From the NCBI RefSeq assembly GCF_964204645.1, contig NC_134032.1, positions 3,062,175 through 3,126,174 on the forward strand: a DNA stretch of 64,000 bases. The letters are read 5' to 3'. This DNA comes from Tubulanus polymorphus. Its lineage: Eukaryota; Animalia; Nemertea. Positions 42,233 to 55,456 of this stretch are shown one piece after another; position 1 is the first letter of the stretch; the number at the start of each line of letters is the position of its first letter. The translations under genes were made by a program, and so were the position numbers. Under the pieces are notes generated by a model that worked only from the letters and a program-made list of their open reading frames with translations, was not told where the DNA came from and ran no database searches.

Positions 42233-42947
42233 CTGCGACTACCGCACGTGCTGCATGTGCGATAGTCTGGATCCGCGCATGAATATCAAACATGTTTGAT
42301 ATTGGGGCGCGATGCGGAGTAAATCCTCTCGACGACGAGCGATTTCTGTCGCCGGTTGCCGAGCGGTTGCGTGGGCCGGGCTTCAGGTTATTTCGAAAAT
42401 AGTGACCATTTACGAGGAAGGCAAGATGATAAATAGATTCTGGTAGATATCCAGTCATCTTTCCTTTATCATAAAGTATTGCAATATCGACTATGATATA
42501 AGGAAGCTATGTTCAATTATCCGCCCACCTTCAAGCCCCTATCCCTCTAGATATTTCAATCAGAGACAATTATGTGTTTTCAAAAGTTTATTATTAGATT
42601 GCGTCAATAGAGGAGAGAGAGATAATTATCCCGGGTCATTCACAAAATAACTTCTCGTACAAGGAAGTGAAATTATCTGTCACAAAAACGATGATTTCCT
42701 ATGCTATAATACAACACAGTTTTTTCATTTAAATAAAAAGATTGCAATCTCGATCGCAAATCGTCTGAAGGTTTACCCTAACCTCCCCTAGCCCTTGAGG
42801 ACCCCTAAACCTAACCCTCTGGGCCCTTTTCTCACCCTATTGAGGCGTTTTGAAACCCTTACGGGCGCCAAATCTTGACAAGAGAAATCCCACAATAACG
42901 AAGCCAAGATTGAAAAATTCTATATCAGAATGATTGTATTTGAGGAG

Positions 42948-42986
42948 CGACGTTTCGGCTAAGAATTGTTAGCCATCATCAGGCGT
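42948..42986 (-). ncRNA. Hammerhead ribozyme core in inverted pLTR
   Basis: Reverse complement reads gc-CTGATGA-tggctaa(caattc)ttagcc-GAAAC-GTC-gc. Confidence 0.65.
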
Positions 42987-45257
42987 ACTGAAATACAATC
43001 ATTCTGATATAGAATACAATCCTCAAATACAATCATTCTGATATAGAATACAATCCTCAAATACAATCATTCTGATATAGAATACAATCCTCAAATACAA
43101 TCATTCTGATATAGAATTTTTCAATCTTGGTTTCGTTATTGCGGGATTTCTCTCGTCATCATCATATACGGATATTGTGTATCTTCTCGGCTAATCATGT
43201 AAATCGGATCGTAAAATTGTTCTTCAATTCTTCGTCGTAACTTTTCCGCATCTCATCTCATCTCTTTTTTTCGGACTTCGGAAAAAACGGCACAAAAACT
43301 GCGAAAACCAAAGTTGAATTCGTTCAAGAAAAAGTGAATCTCCGTTCGTTGAATTGGATCAGGAAATTTGATGCGCTCGTTTCCGCAGCGAGCAAGTATT
43401 CAACTCAAAACAGCGATCAGTAAAGTTAAAGACGACTGCGATTATCAGTATCTTAGATCACAACTTCCGGACCCGCATCTTTTCCGTTTACTCTCGTCTC
43501 TATCGTTATAGTAACCGTCATTTTTCTGGAAATTCTAGCAAAGCTCGGAAGTTACATCAACTCGTCGGTGCTAGTCCTTGGACTAAGTATAGTGACTCCG
43601 ACATCATTGTGAATCTCTCCTCAGCTACGCTCTCAACATATCAACTTTAACTTCTCGGATTCGGTTTGAATTTCTCTCTACCCCGTCGTAAGTCGAATAT
43701 TCTGGATTTTATGTCGGATTTAAAACTCGTCAAAAACTCGTCGTCAAATTTGGACTATAGTTTTTTGTTTACGAACTTACAAACTATCTGTGATAACCTT
43801 CGGAATAACTATTCCGAATTCTTACCTCGCCGTTTTAGGATTGCCCTCGCTGAACTCAAAAAATTGGACTCTGTTCGTATTTCCAAAGCCGACAAAGGTG
43901 GTAAAATTGTTCGGTTAGATATCTGCGACTAAAATTAAAAAATCTTCTCCCTTCTCGGTGATTCCAATGTATACAAACCATTAAAATCCAATCCTCGGCT
44001 GCAAGCTTCATTCAACAAGAATCTTTCTGATATTATTAAACGTTTCCCGGATTCTAAAGACATTCTTTTGAAATTCCGATCTCACCTTCCGTCTCTCCCA
44101 TATATTTACGGGCTGCCTAAAATTCACAAACAAGATGTTCCCCTGCGCCCTATCGTATCTAGCTGCAACTCTCCCTCGATATCCAAATTTCTGGCTAAAC
44201 AATTATCTCGGTTCTCGGTTCCCCCTCGTACTTACGGCACAACCAAGATTTACTTGAACGTTTGCTGGTAATGATAAATTCATCTCGTTCGACGCTAGTT
44301 CTCTGTTTACCAATGTCCCCATCGCGCCTACCTTGGATTTTCTCAAACGTAAACTACCCTTGTTAGACTTCAATTTTTTATTTTCCTACTGATTGTATCA
44401 TTGAATTAATTGAAATTTGCACTCAGAACTCCTTTTTCAGTTTTAATAATTCATATTTTGAACAGGTCTTTGGCACGTCCACGGGAACCCCCTTAGCCCC
44501 ATTTTAGCAAATTTATTTCTCGAACATGTCGAAACTGAATTATTACCTCCTCTATACTAGCACTCCCCCTAAGCTTTGGTTACGATATGTTGATGACGTT
44601 CATGCGCTTATTCCTTGTGATTTTGATATTGATTTATTTCTCTCATTCATTAACTCTGTTTACCCCTCGATGAACTTCACATTTGAATTGGAAGTTGATG
44701 GAAAAATCCCATTTTTAGACGTGTGCATTCATAATTATTTGTCGTGTTTGAAATTCTCAGTTTATAGGAAACCCACTCATTCTGGATCCTACTTGCGTTA
44801 TTTTCCCTTTACCACTTATAGCATAAAACTCGGTGTTGCTCAGGGATTATTTCTTCGTGCTTTTAGGATTTGCGACCCCCTTTTTCTCGATGATGAACTC
44901 ACCCAGATCAGGAATTCACTTAATAAGTTAGCTTATCCTAACGACCTTTTGAATAAAGCTCATTTTCGAGCCCGTCGCACCTATTTTTGTAATTCTCGAG
45001 TTTCGCGCCCTCAGAAACTCGCTTCACTTGTACCCTCTTTATTCTGTTAGCTTGTTTACCTCCGTTTGACACTTCCACTCATCCACTCTCCCTCCGTCCC
45101 TCCCTCCCCGGATTTTGTTATTTAATTACTTTAATCTTAATCCTTTAATCTTAATCATTTGTCATATTCTAGTATAAATATCCTGTTATTTGATTTTATT
45201 CTCAGTACACCTGATGATGGCTAACAGTTGTACGTCTGATGATGGCTAACAGTTTTA

Positions 45258-45297
45258 CACCTGATGATGGCTAACAGTTGTTAGCGGAAACGTCGCT
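45258..45297 (+). ncRNA. Hammerhead ribozyme core in 3' pLTR
   Basis: CTGATGA-tggctaac(agtt)gttagcg-GAAAC-GTC, preceded by two partial repeats of ctgatgatggctaacagtt. Confidence 0.6.
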
Positions 45298-45526
45298 CCT
45301 CAAATACAACCATTCTGATATAGAATGTTTCAATCTTGGCTTCGTTATCGTAGGATTTCTCTCCTCATCATCATACACGGATATTGTGTATCTTCTCGTC
45401 TAAACCCAAATCTTGTATGAGTATATCTGATTAGGGCGGCAGAATCGATGGATCGGAACTGGACCTAGCGATCAAAAAGTGGTTATGAGTGATATAATAT
45501 TATAGTGAAACCCTCCCCGATGAGCT

Positions 45527-45833
45527 GCCCTCTCTCAGGGCGTCCCTCATTTCCCTCTCTCAGGGTGTCCCTCATTTCCCTCTCTCAGGGTGTCCATCAT
45601 TTCACTCTCTCAGGGCATCCCTCATTTCACTCTCTCAGGGTGTCCCTCATTACCCTCTCTCAGGGTGTCCATCATTTCCCTCTCTCAGGGCATCCCTCAT
45701 TTCACTCTCTCAGGGCATCCCTCATTTCCCTCTCACAGGGTGTCCATCATTTCACTCTCTCAGGGCATCCCTCATTTCCCTCTCTCAGGGTGTCCATCAT
45801 TTCCCTCTCTCAGGGCATCCCTCATTTCCCTCA
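45527..45833. repeat. ~25-bp minisatellite
   Basis: Tandem tccctcatttccctctctcagggtg variants. Confidence 0.9.
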
Positions 45834-46186
45834 ATCCCGGCACGTATACCGGGTTGATATATGAGGGTATATATGACTTCTCCTGGTCCTACCCCTCAGA
45901 CCTACCCCTCTAGATATTTCAATCAGAGAAGATTATACACGTTTAAGTATTTATATATCCGCCCTGATAGTTGTAAAACGATGATTCTTCCTTATATGGA
46001 CATTTTTTTTGTAGAAGGAAATGAAATTTTCATATAAAAACGTTGGTGTCCTAATGGTTTAACGCACAGTGCGACGCAGTTTTCTGATTTATAAAGTTGA
46101 TGATATCGGTGTCCGTGTGAATATTATATAAACACAGTTTTTGTTAGTGGTTCACAGTTAGTTGTTTAGTATCTATAAGTCTCAAT

Positions 46187-49100
46187 ATGGCGTCGATGAA
46201 GAGTTTGTTTGTAGTCGCTGTATTTTTATACGTCGGGAATTCTCTAGGTAAGCGCATATTTATATCAATATCTCTGGGCGATCGATGTCAATGGATTCAT
46301 TCTCACGTTGGATTCAATGCTCCGACGACCTAGGAGGCACTTTCCTTATTATCTACATTATTTTTAATTAACGTATTCAAACGCAAGTCACAGATACTCT
46401 AGAACTATAGACAATAAGGAGTGGTTTTGTTCCATATTTTAAAAATGCAATTATCAACTGTCTAATCTGATGTCTAATATTCTAATAATCTGTTACTCTA
46501 GAAGAGATTCTTAATTTTTGATCCATATTTTAAAAAGCATTTATCAACTGTCTAATCTGATGTCTAATGTTCTAATAATCTGTTGTTTGTTGTTTCATGT
46601 TCCAGTTATTTAAATGTCTAAAGATCTTATGATAGTAACGATACTGTTTTTCAAACCCGAAGTAAAGTTCTAGTTTCCAACTACTGTCCAAGATCTAATG
46701 ATGAACTGTCTAATGATCTAATGATGAACTGCCCAATGATCTTTTTTTTCATTATTTTATTTATCATTTTTATCTATTATTTTATTTATTTTTATCTATA
46801 ATATTTTATTTATAATATCCTTTTTTATCTTTTTCCACTCATGATCAACTGTCTAATAATCTAATGATGAACTGTTAAATGTTCTAATGATCTACTGTCT
46901 AATGATCTACTGTCTAATGACCTAATGATTAATGGTTTTTACCTCAAAATTTCAAAGGAAAAGTAGATCAGAGTTTTTAGAGTTTATACAAATCGGAGAT
47001 TGTGCAATACATCCTAGCAAAGTGGTACGGAATCTGGGTGATTATTTTGACATCAATATGACCATGGATCACCATGTTAAACAAGTCTGCAAGACAGCTT
47101 CTTTTGGTCTTTACAAAATAGGCAAAATTAGACATTTTTTAAATAATCCAATCATGGAAAGATTAGTATATTGTTTTATAACTTCTAGACTTGATTACTG
47201 CAATAGTCTGTTACTTGGTACAAGTCAGTACAATATAGAAAAAGTTTCGGCTTATCCAAAACTCTGCTGCCCGACTTGTCACGAGATCAAAAATAAATGT
47301 TGATTCGATTACTCCAATACTTGCGTGCGCCGGGCTTTAGGTTATTTCGAAAATAGTGACCATTTACGAGGAAGGCAAGATGATAAATAGATTCTGGTAG
47401 ATATCCAGTCATCCTTCCTTTATCATAGAGTATTTCAATTCAGATTACGAAGGTCCAGGATTTATTTTATACACTTAATGATTGAATTCGGGGTCGGGTT
47501 TGATGATCAATTTTCAAATTGCCAGAGGCTCCGAAGACGATGTAGAAGACTGCAAGTATATCTGATGTGTGGATCCCTGTAACACGCCCTCCTCCATGGT
47601 TGTGATAGGATACTGTAGCATCCTCTCTTCATAAACCCTCCCCCCACTGGTGCAGACTTCTATTCAAAGATTTAGATTAATTATTATCAGGATCCAGTTC
47701 CATAGTTCCACTTGAGTTTATGATTCTAGGATTAAATCTTTGAAGATGAACTAATACAGAACTGTGAACTGTTCTGGATTTTCAGTATTTGTTACTTCTT
47801 TATCCAGAGAAATACTGATTTGATTTGTTTGATGCTTACAAAAATATGAAAGATGTTACTGAGGGTCTTACTGTTGATTACTGATTAATTTGAACAGAAA
47901 TATGAAAGATGTTACTGAGGGTCTTACCGTCGATTACTGATTAATTTGAACAGAAATATGAAAGATGTTACTGAGGGTCTTACTGTTGATTACTGATTAA
48001 TTTGAACAGAAATATGAAACATGTTACTGAGGGTCTTACTGTTGATAACTGATTAATTTGAACAGAAATATGAAAGATGTTACTGAGGGTCTTACCGTCG
48101 ATTACTGATTAATTTGAACAGAAATATGAAAGATGTTACTGAGGGTCTTACTGTTGATTACTGATTTATTTGTACAGAAATATGAAAGATGTTACTGAGG
48201 GTCTTACTGTCGATTACTGATTAATTTGTACAGAAATATGAAAGATGTTACTGAGGGTCTTACTGTTGATTACTGATTTATTTGAACAGAAATATGAAAG
48301 ATGTTACTGAGGGTCTTACTGTCGATTACTGATTAATTGTCTTTCATATTTCAATAGAAAGTTCAATTTGTTACTGATAACAGTTTTTATCAGTTGCAGC
48401 CCTGTTAATTTTAACACAAGATTCAAAATAGATTGAAGTGATTTTTGTCAATGATTTCAAGCACATATTCGTATATATCACATCAAATAGGAAGTTGATT
48501 GTAAATCTATTAATAGATTAGATTTTGACGTGACGCATTTATACATTACACATTGACAGCAGTTAAAACTGTAGCAACGAAATGATTATTGGTCAGACAT
48601 ATAACTTAAGGAAATCATTGCCTAAGCGCTGTGCAGTGACTGGTGACTGGTGATTAGTCAGGTGCAGTGACTGGTGATCAGTCAGGTGCAGTGACTGGTG
48701 ACCAGTCGGGTGCGGTGATTGGTGATTAGTCAGGTGCAGTGACAGGTGATCAGTCAGGTGCAGTGACTGGTGACCAGTCGGGTGTGGTGATTGGTGATTA
48801 GTCAGGTGCAGTGACTGGTGATCAGTCAGGTGCAGTGACTGGTGACCAGTTGGGTGTGGTGATTGGTGATTAGTCAGGTGCGGTGACTGATGATCAGTCG
48901 GGTGTGGTGACTGGTGATCAGTCAGGTGCGGTAACTGGTGATCAGTCGGGTGCGGTGACTGGTGATCAGTCGGGTGTGGTAACTGGTGACCAGTCAGGTG
49001 CGGTAACTGGTGATTAGTCAGGTGCGGTGACTGGTGATTGTCAGGTGCGGTGACTGGTGATCAGTCGGGTGTGGTAACTGGTGACCAGTCAGGTGCGGTA

Positions 49101-52100
49101 ACTGGTGATTAGTCAGGTGCGGTAACTGGTGATCAGTCGGGTGCGGTGACTGGTGATCAGTCGGGTGTGGTAACTGGTGACCAGTCAGGTGCGGTAACTG
49201 GTGATTAGTCAGGTGCGGTAACTGGTGATTGTCAGGTGCGGTGACTGGTGATCAGTCGGGTGCGGTGACTGGTGATCAGTCGGGTGTGGTAACTGGTGAC
49301 CAGTCAGGTGCGGTAACTGGTGATTAGTCAGGTACAGTGACTGGTGATCAGTCAGGTGCGGTGACACTATTCACTGATAGTACCCGCTTTCATTCTCAGT
49401 TTATAAAAGGTTTTTTTTGTCAGACCCCAATATCAAGCATTACGTTATAAACAATTCTCAATTTTAGATACGGTAATTTTTCTATACAGGTTCAGAAGAT
49501 GAGAACACTGATTCAACTTGCAGTCGGTGGCCTCCTAGATTACAGCACGGTAGATCAGGTTATATCACTAGTCCGGGGTATCCGTACAATTATGGTGAGA
49601 ACCTGGATTGTGTATGGAATATTCCGGTTCCTGTAAACACGGTAAATATAAAACACAGGAAATTGTGAATCTCAGGAGTGAGAAATATTCACTGTTAAAC
49701 CGGGTGCGCACACCTTTACGATCATCATATCATCGCATGCGATGACACAATGAAAATCGCATCATCCCCGCATACCTTTGCGATTTTTATGAAGGCCTCA
49801 AATACGTGACTGAGCCGCCATTTTGAGCATCTTGTGACTGCTTCATCCTTAATTCTGATTGGCTACTAAAAAAAATTCGTTCGGAAAATCGGCAGCGTAG
49901 CCCGCAGACCTTTACGATTTTTATCGCACGGAAAAATGGCATGCGAAAATATCGAACATGTTTGATTTGTTGCGATGATGCGATGTAATCGGCTCCGGAT
50001 GCCTCCGCATACCTTTACGACGACGCGATAAAACCATGCGATGAAGCAATCATACGATCGATCGCACAGGTTTGCGCCGGGCTTTAGGAAGAATATTTTT
50101 GTCAGCACATTTTGTACGAGTTTGGAACGGAACTCATATTTCTCTTTGAACCTGACAATCGGGTGCTGAACTGTTTAACTATTACATTACATCACTCATT
50201 ATCAATAGGGCTAACCCTTAATGATTACAACCAATTAGAATGGTGCGAACACATTTCAATAACGATGAATCTAAATTATTTTTATTTCAGAAAGTTCAAA
50301 TATCGTTTGAAACAATCGACCTGCCCAGGAATTGCTATGACGACTATATACGGAGTAAGAATCGAATTACGTTCTTCATATTTTCTTTTTACGAAACGAA
50401 TCATGATTTAATTTCGCATAAGTCCAAAAATAGTCTTCACTCTTTAGAATGGTTTTAAATCTTGTCAGTGAAACTGAACTTTTGACTTTCATCTTTTATC
50501 AGTATTTATATAATAATTATTTAGTAAAAGTGGAGATGAATAAAGATATATTAGAATCATTATGATTATTATATTACAGTAAGTGGAATTAGATATTGTG
50601 GCAGTACAGCGCCCTCTACACGATACTATACCGATGATGTGTTAATAGAGTTTAGATCAAACGACCTGTACAACTATCGTGGATTTAAACTCCATTGGGA
50701 GTTTGTCAAAGGTAGCTCATAATGAGAAGTTTATCATGGAATCAGTAAATCACATATAAAACAATTCAATTCAATATTTATTTGTAGTTGATTCGCGACT
50801 GTGTAGTGTGACTCCTATAATACAGAATAGTACATCAGGTCACATTACCAGTCCCAAATATCCGGACAAGTATTATAACAGCCTCAATTGTAGCTGGAGG
50901 ATTGAGACTCCAAAAAACAAGGTAAATATATACATTGTGTATTTGTGAAATGTTGATCCTAGAGAAAAAAAAATGATATTGTCGCGATTTCTGCACGAGC
51001 AGGTCTCAGGAGTGAGTAATATTTGCACTAGTAGGAACTCAATGGGGGTAAGATTAGGTCTAACTTTATCCCGGGATTTAGTTTAACCGATAATTCCGGG
51101 TTTAAGTTAAAACTGATTAAAAAAAACGGTTCCTGAAATAATTAGATAATGAATGAAAATTTAATTCTAAGTTCGTATTTATATTTTTGCAGCTGGTTGA
51201 AATATCATTTGACAAGAATTTTCATATACAACCCAAATATACAGGTGGTTGCTATGACAAGTTGACGATAAAAAGTGAAATCGGTAAAAATCTAAACACT
51301 CTTCACGACGTGGTTAATTTTTATGATTCATAAAGTTTTATCAGATTTATTTCTTCATCAGGGAGTAATCAATATTGTGGCTGGACAGCTCCTGGTAAAC
51401 GATTATACACTGGAAATATAACAATACAATTTACATCAGACAGCTATACAAACTATGTCGGGTTCAAACTGTACTGGCGGTTTGTACGAGGTAAAGGTTA
51501 AGATAGTTTATCAATAAAAGTGGTAAAAAATGAAATATTTGAACGAAATTCTGAAACTGATGAGATCCATGGATACCACATAAATCTGTTGTTATTTCTT
51601 TCAGGTTCAGTTTGGCAGGTGATAGTGTTTACAGGGCGTACAGGTATTACAACACAAACAGTCATGTTAGGTTTCGGTGAGACAGGTAGTGACGTCACGT
51701 ACTTCCACCTGGGAACCGAGTTCGAGGCCGGATCAAACAAGACTCATAAACTGTTGTTACCAGTGAACATCACAAATCCACATCCACCGAGAAAACTCAT
51801 GTTGAAAACTGCACAGACTACGAACTGGCGCGTCATCCAGGTTATAGAAATATGGAGAAGGAGGGGAGAGAGAGGCTGGTGTGAATTTGATATTAACTCA
51901 TATATTCATATATTTAAATCCAATAGGTGGCGCTAGTAGGTGTGATAGATGGTGACAATGTTGTGTACATGTATAACTGCAGTAAGAGCCACACAAACAC
52001 AAAGACTTGTATTAATCAATCAATAATTCATAAACCAGGTTCGTTAAAACGTATTATTGAACTCAGAATACCCTATTAACTGAACTTATAATTAGACTGT

Positions 52101-55100
52101 TGCGGTAAGCCTAGGCTAACAAACCTTTTCTTTTAAAACCTGAGTTATGAGCAACTTAACGCCTCAAGCGGGCAAGGTGTAAAGTCTACTAAGGCTCCAC
52201 GCTGAAAACTGATGATAATGATGATTATCCGGTTCAATCCGTGTTATAATTATCCTCAAATGTCGTAAAAGGGTCCCTCCTCACAGATTGCGGTCAAGTG
52301 TGAAAAGTCATATTTTTTCCTGTTATTTCTAGTTAAATGGCAGATCGCTGTTTTTAGTGGAATCAAGCGGAGTAGTTCCAGGTTATACTATACCAGTGGA
52401 AGAGTTGATATTCAGATTATCGGTGACCGAAATGAATCACAGTTTACATATCTAGGTTCACTATTCGGGAAGATAAGAGAACGAAAAGATGTGATCATTT
52501 TTACGAAAAATATTGGAAAACCTAAAACTGTAAAAATAAAAGGCGAACCAGGATATGGAGAAAAATGGTGGTTCCTAAAACGAGTAAGTTGTCAGTAAGT
52601 CCTAAACTGTAGTCCGGACTGGTAAAATGAATTCACAGTCGTTTATACACTTGTTTATGCGCATAATTTCAGGTTGAACTCAAATCTGATGACGTCACTG
52701 AAACGGATTTCGGTTTTGATGTTCTCTTGGATAGAAAGGATTACGACGAAGTTTCTCTGGTCCCGAATACAACCAGAGAAGGTGCAAAATTAGATCTGAT
52801 TTTAATGAATTTGTCGACACAAATATTGACTATTTCTATCAGTTATAAACACATTGATTGTTCATGACAGTTTTAACTGTTTCAGTTGAATGGAAAATCA
52901 AGATTGAAACTAATGGAGAAACTGACGAGCTTTATATGAATCTGTTTGGATCAAATGGAGTTCAATCTGGTTACAGTCGACTCGGTCGTATCACTACAGG
53001 TTACCAGATACAGACACTAACCACCAAAACTCGTGATCTAGGTCAACCTACCCGTAATGTAGGTCAACCTGCTCATAAAGTAGGTCATCCTACTCGCGTC
53101 GCTATCTGGAATCGAGGATCATCAACAATTTACATTTTACAGGTGAATTGATTGAAATAATCAATACAAATCTCACCCCTCTTTCCTCCTCACTCCCTCA
53201 CCTCTCTCAAATTTTACAACTTGTTTCTGATGATTTTCTTGTTGTAGTTCTCGATGAACAATAAGTAATACAGGTTCCCAGTTGCCCTCTTCCCCTCACT
53301 CCCTCTCACTGCCCTCCTCACCCCTCACAATCTCCCCTCCTACTCTACCCTCCTCACACCCTCTCACTCCTCACTCTCTCACTTCCTCACCTCCTCACAC
53401 CCTCTCACTCCCTCACCTCCTCACTAACTCTCTCACCTCCTCACCCCTCACAATCTCCCCTCCTACTCTACCCTCCTCACACCCTCTCACTCCTCACTCT
53501 CTCACTTCCTCACCTCCTCACACCCTCTCACTCCCTCACCTCCTCACTAACTCTCTCACCTCCTCACCCCTCACAATCTCCCCTGCTACTCTACCCTCCT
53601 CACACCCTCTCACTCCTCACTCTCTCACCTCCTCACACCCTCTCACTCCCTCACCTCCTCACTAACTCTCTCACCTCCTTACCCCTCACAATCTCCCCTG
53701 CTACTCTACCCTCCTCACACCCTCTCACTCCTCACTCTCTCACTTCCTCACCTCCTCACACCCTCTCACTCCCTCACCTCCTCACTAACTCTCTCACCTC
53801 CTCACCCCTCACAATCTCCCCTCCTACTCTACCCTCCTCACACCCTCTCACTCCTCACTCTCTCACTTCCTCACCTCCTCACACCCTCTCACTCCCTCAC
53901 CTCCTCACTAACTCTCTCACCTCCTTACCCCTCACAATCTCCCCTGCTACTCTACCCTCCTCACACCCTCTCACTTCTCACTCCCTCACCTCCTCACTAA
54001 CTCTCTCACTTCTCCTCACTCCCTCACCTCACACCTCACTCAGGTTTTTAAATCTATCTCTGATGATTTTCTCGTTGTAGTTCTCAATGAACTCCAGTAA
54101 GATTTTCCTGAATCAACAATTTGTCGCTGACACACCCAAAACGATGTCAGGCTCATCCGCCATCACATACATTGTATCGAATCAAGTGGCTGTTATTGAG
54201 TTAAACACTGTACAGTTTGGTGAGTACCACAATGAGTACATCGAGTTAAACACTGTACAGTTTGGTGAGTACCACGATGAGTACATCGAGTTAAACACTG
54301 TACAGTTTGGTGAGTACCACAATGAGTACATCGAGTTAAACACTGTACAGTTTGGTGAGTACCACAATGAGTACATCGAGTTAAAAAACACTGTGCAGTT
54401 TGGTGAGTACCACAATGAGTACATCGAGTGAAACACTGTAGAATTCGGTGAGTAGCACCTGTAAACCTGCACAGTTGTGACTTCTTAAGCCCGAAAATGG
54501 TTGCGTAAGTTGTTAGTTTGTTTGATGGTGTTGAGTTGAATCCAAGTCCTGTAGGTTGAACTTCAGTTAAAACACGGCGGCACCACGAGTCGAACCATAT
54601 TCAAAATTGATAATATATATTTGTAGGACCATCAACAGCTACACAAGTCACAGAAACCACCTCAACATCAAGTGAGTTATTTTTATAGAAAGTGTTCATT
54701 CTATTTTGCAAAATGATTACTTTATCGCAGAACATTTTTTGAGACATATATTGCCACGAAAATGAATTTGAAACTGTATAGGTAAATTTCATTTAGAAAC
54801 ATAACGGGTACATATGAAAAAATTGGTTTTGCAGATACTGCGGCTGGTATTAACGGACTCAGTTTCTGGTTAGCAGTCGGTGGTGGAATCGGTTTGGTAA
54901 CTCTGATAACAATCGTTGCCACAGTTACCGTCATGTTGCTCAGACGCCGCAGAAATACTGGTTTGTTATCTATCATCTTACTCCGAAGGGGGGAGGTGTT
55001 GAGAGGGGGATAGGGTGTTTTAAGTAGAGGGGGATTTTAAGCGGGAGAGGTGTAAATTTGATAACAGTGTTACTGAGTCTATGAGAATATAATCAGAAAC

Positions 55101-55456
55101 TCTTTGAATTCATGTAGTATTTTCTATTGTTGTATATACAGGTAACAACACGACTGATCCCGATCCCGGGGATATTTACCTTCAGGTTTGTTCATATCAA
55201 TACATTTCCGTTATTTTTAATCATGTCCCTTTATTTATACCACGTGTGGAATATTTGTGTTTCTCTGAATTATTTTCAGCCTACAACTGCCGGTCGTGGT
55301 GACCCTATCTATCAAACTCAGGACGACGTGTATGAAGACATCGAAAATGATGATGATGATGTCTATGATGATGTAGATATCATCAGGTACCCTACAGAGG
55401 TTGTTGCAGGTGTCATGAAGATACCTACATTTTCGCAGGTGTCACATAGGAAATAA
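46187..55456 (+). CDS. Multi-exon type I membrane protein: signal peptide, 2 CUB domains, 3 PLAT/LH2-like domains, Ser/Thr stalk, TM helix, Tyr-motif cytoplasmic tail
   Basis: Exon 46187-46247 MASMKSLFVVAVFLYVGNSL. CUB1 from 49490 (SGYITSPGYPYNYGENLDCVWNI; YCG..FRSN..RGFKLHW) and CUB2 from ~50787 (SGHITSPKYPDKYYNSLNCSWEI; YCG..FTSD..GFKLYW). PLAT-like exons at ~51605, ~52333 and ~52886. TM FWLAVGGGIGLVTLITIVATVTVMLLRRRR at ~54860-54955; tail with VYEDI and VYDDV; AATAAA at 55462. Some internal exon boundaries are approximate. Confidence 0.8.
46932..47322 (+). mobile_element. CR1/L2-group LINE ORF2 fragment (intronic)
   Basis: VRNLGDYFD..MDHHVKQVCKTA..LYKIGKIRHFL..LVYCFITSRLDYCNSLL. Confidence 0.8.
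47842..48337. repeat. 56-bp minisatellite
   Basis: Tandem aaatatgaaagatgttactgagggtcttactgttgattactgattaatttgaacag. Confidence 0.95.
48631..49365. repeat. 25-bp minisatellite
   Basis: Tandem gtgactggtgatcagtcaggtgcag variants. Confidence 0.95.
49696..50086. mobile_element. MITE-like foldback element in intron
   Basis: Imperfect inverted ends taaaccgggtgcgcacacctttacgatc / gatcgcacaggtttgcgccgggcttta. Confidence 0.55.
53285..54040. repeat. C/T-rich tandem repeat (~125-bp higher-order unit)
   Basis: Repeated cccctcacaatctcccctcctactctaccctcctcacaccctctcactcc blocks. Confidence 0.9.
54198..54455. repeat. 45-bp minisatellite
   Basis: Tandem gagttaaacactgtacagtttggtgagtaccacaatgagtacatc. Confidence 0.95.

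Larger units (their letters stand above)
42878..45405 (+). mobile_element. Penelope-like retroelement, decayed, with inverted 5' pLTR and 10-bp TSD
   Basis: RT motifs ISKADKGG, YIYGLPKIHK..PLRPIVS, WLRYVDD, IPFLDV, VYRKPTHS in broken ORFs 43666-45050. pLTR sequence at ~45200-45400 is repeated directly (~43000-43190) and inverted (~42880-42990); ccaaatcttg at 42868-42877 and 45406-45415. No GIY-YIG domain recognisable. Confidence 0.88.
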
